From contig JAEUKH010000043.1 of the NCBI GenBank assembly GCA_016792845.1, positions 89,846-153,845 on the forward strand: DNA of 64,000 nt. The letters run 5' to 3'. Below are positions 38,412-50,188 of this stretch, piece by piece. The translations under genes were made by a program, and so were the position numbers. The DNA is from Myxococcales bacterium (GTDB lineage: Bacteria > Myxococcota_A > Polyangia > Polyangiales > Ga0077539). How positions within the stretch are numbered: the first letter of the stretch is position 1; each line of letters starts with the position of its first letter. The notes beneath the pieces were generated by a model. That model made no database searches and was not told the DNA's origin. It was given only the letters and a program-made list of their open reading frames with translations.

Positions 38412-39065
38412 ATGCCAAGAAGTTATACCGTCAAAGAGCTCTTCTTTACGCTCCAGGGTGAGGGTGCGCAGACCGGCCGCGCGGCGGTCTTTCTGCGCTT
38501 CACCGGGTGCAATCTTTGGACAGGCCGCGAGGCCGACCGCGGCAAGGGCCCCGGGGTCTGTTCACAGTGGTGCGACACGGATTTTGTAGGCACCAACGGC
38601 CCGGGGGGTGGCCGATTCTCGAACGCGGAGTCTTTGGCCGAGGCGGTGCGCGACACTTGGGCTGCGGTCGATACGCCAGAGTCGAAGTATGTCGTCTGCA
38701 CCGGCGGAGAGCCCCTCTTGCAGCTCGACGGCGCCCTCATTGACGCCCTCCACGCCCACGGATTTTCGGTCGCGGTGGAGACAAACGGCACCCTCGCCGC
38801 ACCCGCGGGGGTCGACTGGATCTGCGTCAGCCCCAAGGGCGACGCCCCCCTCGCGCAGCGCCACGGGCATGAGCTCAAGCTGGTGTATCCGCAAGAGAAT
38901 GCTCAACCTGAGCGCTTCGAAGGGCTCTCATTCGAGCGGTTTTATCTGCAACCGCTCGATGGCCCAGAACGAGAGATGCACACGCGCGCAGCGATCGAAT
39001 ACTGCAAAGCCCACCCTCGTTGGCGTCTCTCAATGCAAACGCATAAGACACTCAACATCCCATAA
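38412..39065 (+). CDS. queE: 7-carboxy-7-deazaguanine synthase (radical SAM)
   Basis: …YTVKELFFTLQGEGAQTGRAAVFLRFTGCNLW…C..WCDT… cluster-binding region and …VCTGGEPLLQ… are typical QueE. ATG chosen at 38412, with AGGA 9 nt upstream. Confidence 0.8.
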   Translation: MPRSYTVKELFFTLQGEGAQTGRAAVFLRFTGCNLWTGREADRGKGPGVCSQWCDTDFVGTNGPGGGRFSNAESLAEAVRDTWAAVDTPESKYVVCTGGEPLLQLDGALIDALHAHGFSVAVETNGTLAAPAGVDWICVSPKGDAPLAQRHGHELKLVYPQENAQPERFEGLSFERFYLQPLDGPEREMHTRAAIEYCKAHPRWRLSMQTHKTLNIP

Positions 39066-39155
39066 TCGCTTCGGGGTGTGCGATTGTGCAACCTTCGCAC
39101 ATTCAAAGCTGTCACAAATCAGCCCAGACCGGGGACAGTGGGCAGGAAGCCAAAG

Positions 39156-40502
39156 ATGGAACAAACTGATACCTCACCCTTCGAGTTGACGTCACCCATG
39201 GGGGCCGATGAGCGTCGGCTGTTTGTTGAGAGTCCGGGCCAGTCTTCGCGGGTGGTGGTGTTGCGCCGCGACAACGCGGTGAGCGTCGGCCGGGGCGACG
39301 AGGCTGACGTGGTGCTCGACGACCGGCGCGCCTCGCGGGTGCATGCGCGGCTGCGCTTCGACGGCCGCGCCGTGGTGGTCGAAGACGCGGGCAGCTCGAA
39401 CGGCACGTTTGTGGGCGCCCACCGGGTGACCGAGCCGACGAGCCTCGAACCCGGGATGCTCATGCGGGTGGGCTCGACCACCATCGCGCTCTTGCCCCAC
39501 GACGACGATGACAGCGCAGACGATTCGGCGTCGATGCACTCGCACTCGGTGCGGGCCTTCAACCCGGTGGCCGACGACCCGCGGAGCAAGGAGCTCTTCG
39601 GCCTCGTGGCGCGGCTCGCGGGGAGCGAGCTTGCGGTGCTCATCGAGGGCGAAGCCGGGGTCGGCAAAGAGGTCGTGGCGCGGGCGATTCATGCGCAGTC
39701 GACGCGGGCCGCGGGCCCCTTCGTGGTGGTGAGCGCGGCGGCCCTGAGCGACGCCAACGTCGAGGCCGAGCTCTTCGGGCAAGAGCGGGGCGTCGGGGGC
39801 GTCGACGCGCGGCGCATCGGGGCCTTCGAGGCGGCCCACGGCGGCACGCTGCTCCTCGACGATGTGAACGACCTCAGCCCGGCCTGTCAGGCGGCGGTGC
39901 TGCGGGTCTTGGTGGCGGGCGCGGTGACCCGGGTCGGCGGCGCCCGCGGCACGGCGGTCGATGTGCGGCTCCTCTCGACCTCGCGGCGCGAGCTGTCGCG
40001 CGAGGTGGCCGAGGGCCGCTTCCGAGAAGACCTTTACTTTCGGCTCCAGGGCGTTCGGGTGAAGGTGGCGCCGCTGCGCGAGCGCCTCGGCGACGTGGTG
40101 GGCCTCAGCGTCCGCTTTCTCGAACAGCAAGAGAAGCCGCAGGCCTTGTCGCAGCCCCTCATCGAGCGCCTACGAAACTACGATTGGCCCGGCAACGTGC
40201 GCGAGCTCTTCACGGCCCTCGACGTCGCCCTCACGGTGGCCGGCGACGGCCCCTTGGCGCCCGAGCACCTGCCCGCCAACGTGCGCCCGGGCTCGCTCTT
40301 CGACGAGCTCACCCCGAGCTCGCTCAGGGTGCGCGTCGACCTCACCGAGAAGCAGGCCATCGTGGCCGCACTGGCTCGCAACAACGGCAATCAGTCTCGC
40401 GCCGCCCGCGACCTCAGGATCTCTCGCCGCGCGCTGATCTACAAGATGGAGCGCCACGGCCTCAAGCCCCCGCCCCGCAGCCAGCGCAGCAAAGACGGCT
40501 GA
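39156..40502 (+). CDS. Sigma54-dependent transcriptional activator with N-terminal FHA domain (FHA-AAA+-Fis HTH)
   Basis: FHA (…VSVGRGDEADVVLDDRRASRVHARL…SSNGTFV…). Sigma54 AAA+ core (…ELAVLIEGEAGVGKEVVARAIH… GAFE…GGTLLLDDV…). C-terminal Fis-type HTH (…LARNNGNQSRAARDLRISRRALIYKM…). AGGAAG RBS 6 nt upstream of the chosen ATG. Confidence 0.8.
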   Translation: MEQTDTSPFELTSPMGADERRLFVESPGQSSRVVVLRRDNAVSVGRGDEADVVLDDRRASRVHARLRFDGRAVVVEDAGSSNGTFVGAHRVTEPTSLEPGMLMRVGSTTIALLPHDDDDSADDSASMHSHSVRAFNPVADDPRSKELFGLVARLAGSELAVLIEGEAGVGKEVVARAIHAQSTRAAGPFVVVSAAALSDANVEAELFGQERGVGGVDARRIGAFEAAHGGTLLLDDVNDLSPACQAAVLRVLVAGAVTRVGGARGTAVDVRLLSTSRRELSREVAEGRFREDLYFRLQGVRVKVAPLRERLGDVVGLSVRFLEQQEKPQALSQPLIERLRNYDWPGNVRELFTALDVALTVAGDGPLAPEHLPANVRPGSLFDELTPSSLRVRVDLTEKQAIVAALARNNGNQSRAARDLRISRRALIYKMERHGLKPPPRSQRSKDG

Positions 40503-40599
40503 GGCCGTCGCGCCCCGCTCCGCTCTCCCCTCGCCCCTCGGGCTCTGCAAAATCTCGCTTTGAACTGTACCAAGGTCACCGAATCAGTCAGACTCCGCG

Positions 40600-41595
<996 letters not shown>

Positions 41596-41683
41596 CCGCG
41601 GCGAGCGTCGTCGTGCGGCGCGACGCGATTCGGCGGGGGTGATCGCCTTGACGGCGCGCGCCGCGGACCCGCAGTCTCGGGCC

Positions 41684-44089
41684 ATGAGATGGTCAGGATT
41701 CTTGGTGTGCGCGGCGCTTGCGTTGGGGTGCAGCGGTCGCTCGGTGGTGGGGGGGCCGGCCGAAGACGCGTCGGCGCGTGACGCGACCCTCGACGCGACC
41801 CTCGACGGGGGGCGCGACGGCGGCCTCGATGCGCCCGCGCCTGATGTGCCCGGGGTCGATGTGCCTCCGAGCCGCTGCACGAGCGATCAAGAGTGCGCCG
41901 GCAACGAGCTCGGGTTGAGGGTCTGCGACCTCGCCTCGGGGCGCTGCGTGGCGTGCACGCCGACCCGCGATGTGTGCAACGACGGCACCTACTGCGACCC
42001 CGCGGGGCTGCGCTGCGTGGCGGGCTGTCGCGACGACATGGCCTGCGCGCGTTCGTCGGGCGACGGCGGCGTCGTGGCCGAGCGCTGCAACACCGCCACC
42101 CGGCAATGCGTGGCGTGCACCGCCGACAGCCACTGCCCGCCGGGCAACGTGTGCGCGGGCAACCAGTGCGTGCCCGGATGCAACACGATGCAGGGCTGCC
42201 CCTCGGGCCGCAGCTGTTGCAGCGGCGCGTGCGTCGACACCCAGAGCAACACGGACCACTGCGGCGCGTGCGGCACGGTGTGTATGGTGCCCAACGCCGC
42301 GGCGGCCTGTACGGCGGGCGCCTGCGCGGTCGCGATGTGCACCGGCGCCAACAGCGACTGCGACGCGAACCCGGCCAACGGCTGCGAGACCGACACCAAC
42401 ACCGCAACGGCCCACTGCGGGCGCTGCGGTCAGGCCTGCGCGACGCGACCCAACACCCGCGCGGCGTGCGAGGGCGGCGCGTGCGCGTACAGCTGCCTCG
42501 ACAACTTCGCCGACTGCGACGGCGTCGCCGAGAACGGCTGCGAGGTCGACCTGCGCAGCAGCGCCGCCCACTGCGGTCGCTGCATGAACGCGTGCACCTC
42601 GGCGAACGGCGCGCCGGTGTGCAGCATGGGCGTCTGCGGCCTCGGCGCGTGCGCTGAGAACTTCGGCAACTGCGACGGCAGCGAGGCCAACGGCTGCGAG
42701 ACCGACGTGCGCGGGAGCCTCGACCACTGCGGCCGCTGCAACAACGCCTGCCCGATGCGCGCAAACGGCGCCGCCACTTGCAACGCGGGCGCCTGCGGCG
42801 TTCGCTGCAACGCGGGCTTCGACAGCTGCGACGGCGACGCCAGCAACGGCTGCGAGACGGCGCTCGACACGACGGTGGCTCACTGCGGCGCGTGCGGCAC
42901 GGCCTGCCCCGCCCGCGCGAACGCCACCGCCACCTGCGCGGGCGGCGCCTGCGGCTTCGCCTGCAACACGGGCTTCGCCGACTGCGACGGCAACGCCGCC
43001 AACGGGTGCGAGGTCGACACCCGCACGAGCGTCACGCACTGCGGCCGCTGCGCCAACGCGTGCCCCGGCGGCGCCAACAGCGCGCCGAGCTGCACCAACG
43101 GCGCCTGCGGCCTCGGCTGCAACGCGGGCTTCGGCGACTGCGACGGCAACCCCGCCACGGGCTGCGAGACCGCCCTCAACAGCACCGACGCCCACTGCGG
43201 CCGCTGCGGCAACACCTGCGCGGCGGGCCGGAGCTGCATGACCGGCGCGTGCGTGCTCGTGTGCCCGAGCGGGCAGCTCAATTGCAATGACATGTGCGTC
43301 AACCCGCTCACGAGCAACACCGACTGCGGGCGCTGCGGCAACGCCTGCACCGGCGGGCTCTCGTGCGAGGCCGGGGTCTGCTGCGGCGCACGCGAGCGCA
43401 ACTGCGGCGGCACCTGCCGAGATCTGAACACCGACAACAACAACTGCGGCGGCTGCGGCATCGTGTGCGGCGCGGGCACCACCTGCCTCAACGGCACCTG
43501 CGAGAGCACTCAGTGTCTGCCCTCCCGGGCCTGCTCGGGCAACGCTTGCAACACCTGCGGCAGCTCGGTCTTCACCGAGAACTGGGAGGGCGGCTCGGCG
43601 CTCTGGCGCACCACCGACAACGGCGCGATTCAGCTCATGACCGACTCGAGCGCGTGCCGGGGCACGTTCATGCGTGAGACGGTGCTCGCGTCGGGCGGGC
43701 GCACGTTCTTGCGGCGCGGCGTGCCCGTGCGGCCGGGGCAGGTTCACTGCCTCGCGGCGTGGATCCGCGGGAGCAACGCCACCCAGCCCTTCGTGGGCAT
43801 CAACGCCTCGGACGCCAACGGCAGCGTCGGGTCTGAGCACTGGCTCATCGGGGCGCGGTGCTACACCACCTCGGGCCTCGGCCCGCCGGTCTCGCCGGTG
43901 AACGCGAACAGCGAGTGGCGCTGGTACGCCCGCGAGTTTGTGATGCCGAACTACTCGTTCGTGGTGATCAAGACCGAGATCTTCTCGGGCGGCGCGGCGG
44001 GCACGGCTGACTTCGACGCCATCCAGCTCATCGACGGCCCCTGCCCCCAAGCGCCGCCGACGATCTGCGCCGCGGCGACCTGCGACTGA
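41684..44089 (+). CDS. Large Cys-rich tandem-repeat lipoprotein (HCGxCGxxC / CDG / NGCExD module x ~7-10) with C-terminal jelly-roll (CBM-like) domain
   Basis: Internal Met gives lipoprotein signal (MRWSGFLVCAALALGCSG). At least 7 canonical ~45-aa repeats (…HCGRCGQAC…C.GGAC...C...FADCDG...NGCEVD…) plus degenerate copies. The final ~200 aa are beta-rich and resemble a CBM4/9-like sugar-binding fold; that call is weak. Confidence 0.65.
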   Translation: MRWSGFLVCAALALGCSGRSVVGGPAEDASARDATLDATLDGGRDGGLDAPAPDVPGVDVPPSRCTSDQECAGNELGLRVCDLASGRCVACTPTRDVCNDGTYCDPAGLRCVAGCRDDMACARSSGDGGVVAERCNTATRQCVACTADSHCPPGNVCAGNQCVPGCNTMQGCPSGRSCCSGACVDTQSNTDHCGACGTVCMVPNAAAACTAGACAVAMCTGANSDCDANPANGCETDTNTATAHCGRCGQACATRPNTRAACEGGACAYSCLDNFADCDGVAENGCEVDLRSSAAHCGRCMNACTSANGAPVCSMGVCGLGACAENFGNCDGSEANGCETDVRGSLDHCGRCNNACPMRANGAATCNAGACGVRCNAGFDSCDGDASNGCETALDTTVAHCGACGTACPARANATATCAGGACGFACNTGFADCDGNAANGCEVDTRTSVTHCGRCANACPGGANSAPSCTNGACGLGCNAGFGDCDGNPATGCETALNSTDAHCGRCGNTCAAGRSCMTGACVLVCPSGQLNCNDMCVNPLTSNTDCGRCGNACTGGLSCEAGVCCGARERNCGGTCRDLNTDNNNCGGCGIVCGAGTTCLNGTCESTQCLPSRACSGNACNTCGSSVFTENWEGGSALWRTTDNGAIQLMTDSSACRGTFMRETVLASGGRTFLRRGVPVRPGQVHCLAAWIRGSNATQPFVGINASDANGSVGSEHWLIGARCYTTSGLGPPVSPVNANSEWRWYAREFVMPNYSFVVIKTEIFSGGAAGTADFDAIQLIDGPCPQAPPTICAAATCD

Positions 44090-44204
44090 GCGCCGCGCGC
44101 GATTTGCCGCCCGTGGCGCTGAGCTCGCCGGGCGGCGAGACCCGCAGCGGGCCGCGCGAAGCGGTTGACGCGGGCCGTGTTGGGCCGCTACTCCAAGGCC
44201 CGCC

Positions 44205-45611
<1,407 letters not shown>

Positions 45612-45665
45612 GCCGCTCGGCGGTCGGCGCGGGCCCCTGGCATCGGGTATGCTCTGCGCCGACCC

Positions 45666-48458
45666 ATGACGTCACGGCTGCACAGAATGGCACACGGCCT
45701 CAGGGCCTTGGCACCCGTCGCCCTCGTCGCGAGCGCGTGCAGCGCCGGGCCCGAGCGGCCGTACGAAGACCACACCGTCGCCGCGATCGCGAGCACCTCG
45801 GGCTTCGAGCGCCTCGCCGTGACGGCCTTCGGCACGAGCCTCACCAAGTTCGTCATCACCCGCTTCGACGCCCCCGCCGAGCGCGCGGTTCGCTTCTACG
45901 ACGCGCAGTTTTATCAGCTCCACGACGAGTGGTACTGGTACCGGCTGCTCAACGGCCAGCCCGTGCCGGGGGCCATCGACGACCCGGTCGAGGGGCTCCG
46001 ATTTGACACCGTGGCCGAGGCCGCGAGCTGGGTCCGCAACAACCCCGCCCCGCCCCTCGGGCTGATGCGCTACGAAGACCGGGTCTATTCAGAGCGCTTC
46101 TACAGCCAGAGCTTCGGGCGCGACCGGCGCTTCGGCCTCGGCACGCTCCTGCGGGTGCCGCCGCGCAACGGCAACCCCGAGCGCTGGGCCTTCGAGCTCG
46201 AATACAGCGACATGGTCACCCACGCCGAGCTGGTGATCTTCTTCGAGATGCTCGCCCGCTCGCTGCCGCCCGAGCTCGCCGAGCGGGTCTATTTTCTCGT
46301 ACGGTCGCCCGACCAGGAGGCCCTCGCGGTCAGCATGGAGCAAGGGCGTCTGCGCTACCACGACCGCATCTTGCGCTTCCGCGACATCGTCGTCGCCGGC
46401 AGCGCCGAGGTCTACAGCGACGGCATCACCGCGGGCCGATTGAGGGTGCTCCGGAGCGGCGACGGGCGCGGCACCACGGGGCCCGAAGATGTGGTGATCT
46501 TTCAGCACATCCCAGACCTCTTGCCGCCCGCCGCGGGGGTGCTCACGGCGGTGCCGCAGACGCCCCTCGCGCACATCAACCTCCTCGCGCGCAACCGCGG
46601 CATCCCGAACGCCTTCCTCGCCGGGGTGCTCGACAACCCCGAGCTCGACCAGCTCGAACGCGGCTACGCCCCGGTGGTCTTCTACGCCGAGTCGCCCTCG
46701 CGGGTGGTGCTCTCGGCCATCACCGAGGCGCAGTATCAGCAGTACGGGCAGCTCATCACCCGGCCCGCCCGACGGCTCAACGTCCCGCCGGTGGGCGAGC
46801 TCCCGTACGTGATCGCCCTCAGCGGCCGTGACCCCGGCGACACCGCCGCCCTCGCCCCCATCATCGGCGGCAAGAACGCGGGGATGATCGCCCTCGTCAA
46901 CGCGCCCGGGGTCGCGACCCCCGATGCGCCGCAGGCCCTCACCATCCGCGCCTACACCGAGCACATCACCCCGCTCAGGAGCCGCATCGAGGCCGCCCTC
47001 GGGGCCGAGGCCTTCGCCCTCGACGCGCGGGCCCGTCACCTCGTCTTGGAGGGCGAGACCCGCTACCGGAGCCTCCGCACGGGCGCCGACGACCTGCGGT
47101 TTTTGCAGACCTTTCTCGCGCAGCACGGCCCGACCTCGGCGCTCGGGAGCCTCGCCCGCAACGGCGGCATTCGGGGGCTCATCGAGGCATCGCCCATCGC
47201 GGCCCCGACCCTCGACGCGATCACCCGCGCGCTCCAGACCGTGTACGCGGGGCTCGCGCCGACGCAGGGCATTCGCTTCCGCTCGTCGTCGAACGTCGAA
47301 GACATCGAGGGCTTCAACGGCGCGGGGCTCTATGAGTCGTACACGGGCTTCTTCGACCCCTCGCTCTTGCCGCGCGGCGACCGCGACAAGACCCTCGCGC
47401 GGGCCATCCTGCGGGTGTGGGGCTCGTTCTGGTCGTTCGAGGCGTTTGAAGAGCGTCGGCTTGAGCACATCGACCACATTTCGGCGGCGATGGCGGTGCT
47501 GGTCGCGCCGCGCTTCGACGACGCGCTCGAACGGGCCACGGGGGTGTGCACGCTCACGCTGCTGCCGCCTGGGAGCCCGGTGCGGGTGCAGCTCGAGGTC
47601 AACGTCCAAGCGGGGGCCGAGAGCGTGGCCAACCCCGACCCGAGCATCTTGCCCGAGGTCGACCGGGTGCTTGTGACCGCCGACGCGATGACCCAACGCG
47701 TGCGGGTGCGCCGCTCGACGCTCTCGCCCAACGCCGAGCTCCTCAGCGACGCGGCCCTCGACGCGGTGCTCGCCCAGACCCGCGACGTCGCCGAGCGCTG
47801 GCTGGCCCGCGAGAACCAGCCCCGCGCCGAGGCCCAACGGGCCCGCAGCATCACCCTCGATTTCGAGTTCCACGACATGCTCGCGGGCTGGCCTGCGATG
47901 CGCGACGGCAGCGTGCGCCCCGCGCGCTTTGTGCTGAAGCAGGTGCGCACCCTCGAACCCGGCCCGCGGGTCTTTACGAGCGACGCCGCGGCCTGGCCCG
48001 TGCCCCGCGACGTGTTCGTGCGCGCCCGCCGCGTGACCGAGACGCTCTGCGAGGCCACCCTCGACGGCGCCTCGGTGCAAGCGCGGCTCTTGCGCGTGCA
48101 GAGCGACCCCTCGCTGCCCCCCGACGTCGGCTTCGCCGCGACGCCGCTCGACGCCTCGCTGCGGGTCAGCGTCACGGGCACCCTCACCGGCCTCGGGTGG
48201 CCCCGCGATCACAGCCTCGCCCTCGACCACACCCAATACGCGAGCCGGGCCGAGGGCGACGCCCGACGCGCACTCACCGTCACCGAGCGCGCCCGCGCGT
48301 CGGCGCAGCTCGACAGCGTGAGCCTCCCGTCGGCCGCCAACGGCCCGCTGGTGCTCTCGTTCGGGAGCGCGAGGGTCGAAGCGCCCGCGGTGTGCAGGGT
48401 CGAGGTGCGCTACGCGAGCCCGAGAGATTACCTCTTGAGCCTCTTGCCAGGGTCGTAA
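45666..48458 (+). CDS. Signal-peptide/lipobox-bearing protein with PEP-utilising (swivel His) domain followed by PPDK_N-type ATP-grasp (PEP/pyruvate-binding) domain
   Basis: N-terminal hydrophobic signal (…LRALAPVALVASACSAG). Residues ~270-340 (…DVVIFQHIPDLLPPAAGVLTAVPQTPLAHINLLARNRGIPNAF…) resemble the PEP-utilisers mobile domain (…GGRTSHAAIIARELGIPAVVG…). Residues ~390-720 (…IGGKNAGMIALVNAPGVATPDA…, …RFRSSSNVEDIEGFNGAGLYESY…, …ILRVWGSFWSFEAFEERR…) resemble the PPDK_N nucleotide-binding domain. Confidence 0.65.
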   Translation: MTSRLHRMAHGLRALAPVALVASACSAGPERPYEDHTVAAIASTSGFERLAVTAFGTSLTKFVITRFDAPAERAVRFYDAQFYQLHDEWYWYRLLNGQPVPGAIDDPVEGLRFDTVAEAASWVRNNPAPPLGLMRYEDRVYSERFYSQSFGRDRRFGLGTLLRVPPRNGNPERWAFELEYSDMVTHAELVIFFEMLARSLPPELAERVYFLVRSPDQEALAVSMEQGRLRYHDRILRFRDIVVAGSAEVYSDGITAGRLRVLRSGDGRGTTGPEDVVIFQHIPDLLPPAAGVLTAVPQTPLAHINLLARNRGIPNAFLAGVLDNPELDQLERGYAPVVFYAESPSRVVLSAITEAQYQQYGQLITRPARRLNVPPVGELPYVIALSGRDPGDTAALAPIIGGKNAGMIALVNAPGVATPDAPQALTIRAYTEHITPLRSRIEAALGAEAFALDARARHLVLEGETRYRSLRTGADDLRFLQTFLAQHGPTSALGSLARNGGIRGLIEASPIAAPTLDAITRALQTVYAGLAPTQGIRFRSSSNVEDIEGFNGAGLYESYTGFFDPSLLPRGDRDKTLARAILRVWGSFWSFEAFEERRLEHIDHISAAMAVLVAPRFDDALERATGVCTLTLLPPGSPVRVQLEVNVQAGAESVANPDPSILPEVDRVLVTADAMTQRVRVRRSTLSPNAELLSDAALDAVLAQTRDVAERWLARENQPRAEAQRARSITLDFEFHDMLAGWPAMRDGSVRPARFVLKQVRTLEPGPRVFTSDAAAWPVPRDVFVRARRVTETLCEATLDGASVQARLLRVQSDPSLPPDVGFAATPLDASLRVSVTGTLTGLGWPRDHSLALDHTQYASRAEGDARRALTVTERARASAQLDSVSLPSAANGPLVLSFGSARVEAPAVCRVEVRYASPRDYLLSLLPGS

Positions 48459-48584
48459 CCCCGCGCAGGCGTCGCGGCGAGGGCCCGTGCGGGCGCTCCG
48501 AGGGGTCGATGCGAGGTCGGGCCGCCAAAGGTCACCAGGCAGCCCGCTTGGGGCCGCTGTGTGGCCTGGCCCGAGGGGGGCGTC

Positions 48585-50099
48585 TCAGAAGCGGGGGGTC
48601 AGCGCGATGCTGGCGTAGATGTCGAACTGGGTGTCGCTGGTCGAGCGGAAGCGCCCGCCGGGCTGGTCGATGACGGGGCGATGCTGCGGGTCTGGCGCGC
48701 TGTTGGATACGCAGCCGCCGCGCCACTCGGGGTGGTCGGCGGGGGGCTGGGTGTTGGGGTTGCAGGCGTCGGTGTTGGTGAGGAGGTGGGGGCTGATCCA
48801 CGCGAAATTGCCGCCGAGGCTGAACCGGAGGAACTTCGCGGGCTGCACGGTGATGCCGAGCCCGCCGGCGATCACGACGTGCGAGGCCGTGCCCGTGAGG
48901 CCGTCGAAGTAGACCTCGCGGCCGGGCTGACAGCTGCCGTCATTGCCGCGCACGTTCGAGGGGCACCCAGGGGCGAGGAGCGCGCGGCTCGTGCTCGTGC
49001 CGAGGGCGTCGTAGAGCATCGAGTAGTCGCGGCCCTGCGAGCGGTAGGTGCCGCGCACGCGGAGGTCGATCACGAGGCGCTGCCAGGTCTCGCGGTTCTC
49101 CCACGGGATGATCTCGGTGCCGACGGTGAGCGAGCTCACGATCGGCGGAAAGGTCGCGAGCATGCCGTAGGGCGTGTCGAGGTACCGAAACGGCGACTCG
49201 CGGGTCGGAAACTCGGCGAGGATGTCGAAGCCCGCGTAGGGCTCGAGGTACCCGATGCGCCGCGACAGCATGGTCTGAAAATAGATGCCGTGGACCCCGC
49301 GCGAGATGCCAGGCTGGTACGCCGCGTTGTTGGCCCGCGAGGGCGCCGCCCCGCTGCTGGCCGAGCCGCCGCCCGGAGGGAGCGCCGGCACATCGGCGGG
49401 GTTCGGGCAGACGGTGCCGCCCGAGGTCGCCTGGCAGGCCGAGAGGGCCGCGCCCACGGGGGGGCGCCATTCGAAGCCGACCATCCATGTGGGGCGCGAG
49501 GGGTCGCGGCGCTGGTTGAACACCGCCCACTGGAGACCCAAGCGAATCTGATCGACCCCTGAGCGCTCGGGGCTGTCGAAGTTGGGTGAAAAGAGCGTGG
49601 TCGGCTGCCCGTTGTGCGACCACCCGTCGCGGAGCGCGTCGTTCACCGCCTGCGCGTCGGCGCCCGCGGGGAGCCTCAGCTGCCTGCGGTTCGACAGCAC
49701 GATGGGCGCCCCGATGGTGAGGGCGAGGTCGCGGAAGAGCCCGATCTCAGCGCCCACCAGGAGCGAGTGGGTGCTCTCTTGCGCGTCGGCGACGTGGGCG
49801 AACTGCGTGGTGCCGAGGCCCCGCGCGTCGCTCACCCGAAGCTCGCGCTCGATCTGGGCCGAGCGGTTCGAGTAGAGGTATCCCGCGCTGAGCCGCACGC
49901 TGAAGCTCGACCCCTGGTCGAACGAATCGACCACGTCGGTGACCCGCGCCGTCTCGTTGAGCATCACCAGCGGCGCGCCGCTGCCCCCGTCGCCCTCGCG
50001 GCTCGTCTGGGCCTCAGCCCGCGTGCTTGCGCTCAGCAACACCGCCATTGCACAGGGAGCCGCCCATCGCCCGACCGATCTCTTGGTGCGCTCGACCAC
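48585..50099 (-). CDS. Putative outer-membrane beta-barrel protein
   Basis: Signal peptide (…AMAVLLSASTRAEA-QT). Alternating amphipathic beta-strand pattern with Gly/aromatic-rich composition. C-terminal …YASIALTPRF with terminal Phe, typical of OMPs. Confidence 0.5.
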   Translation of the reverse strand: MVERTKRSVGRWAAPCAMAVLLSASTRAEAQTSREGDGGSGAPLVMLNETARVTDVVDSFDQGSSFSVRLSAGYLYSNRSAQIERELRVSDARGLGTTQFAHVADAQESTHSLLVGAEIGLFRDLALTIGAPIVLSNRRQLRLPAGADAQAVNDALRDGWSHNGQPTTLFSPNFDSPERSGVDQIRLGLQWAVFNQRRDPSRPTWMVGFEWRPPVGAALSACQATSGGTVCPNPADVPALPPGGGSASSGAAPSRANNAAYQPGISRGVHGIYFQTMLSRRIGYLEPYAGFDILAEFPTRESPFRYLDTPYGMLATFPPIVSSLTVGTEIIPWENRETWQRLVIDLRVRGTYRSQGRDYSMLYDALGTSTSRALLAPGCPSNVRGNDGSCQPGREVYFDGLTGTASHVVIAGGLGITVQPAKFLRFSLGGNFAWISPHLLTNTDACNPNTQPPADHPEWRGGCVSNSAPDPQHRPVIDQPGGRFRSTSDTQFDIYASIALTPRF

Positions 50100-50188
50100 A
50101 GTACCTCGTCGGGCACGCTATCGAATGGCACAAAGCCCCGTCAAGCTAAGCCGTTTCTGGGGCCGAGCCGGGCCGCACATTGCCGCGC

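Noticed and set aside
46089-48236. 715-aa minus-strand ORF
   Set aside because: Antisense to the PPDK-like gene, which has recognisable domains. Gly/Arg/Ala-rich with no motifs.
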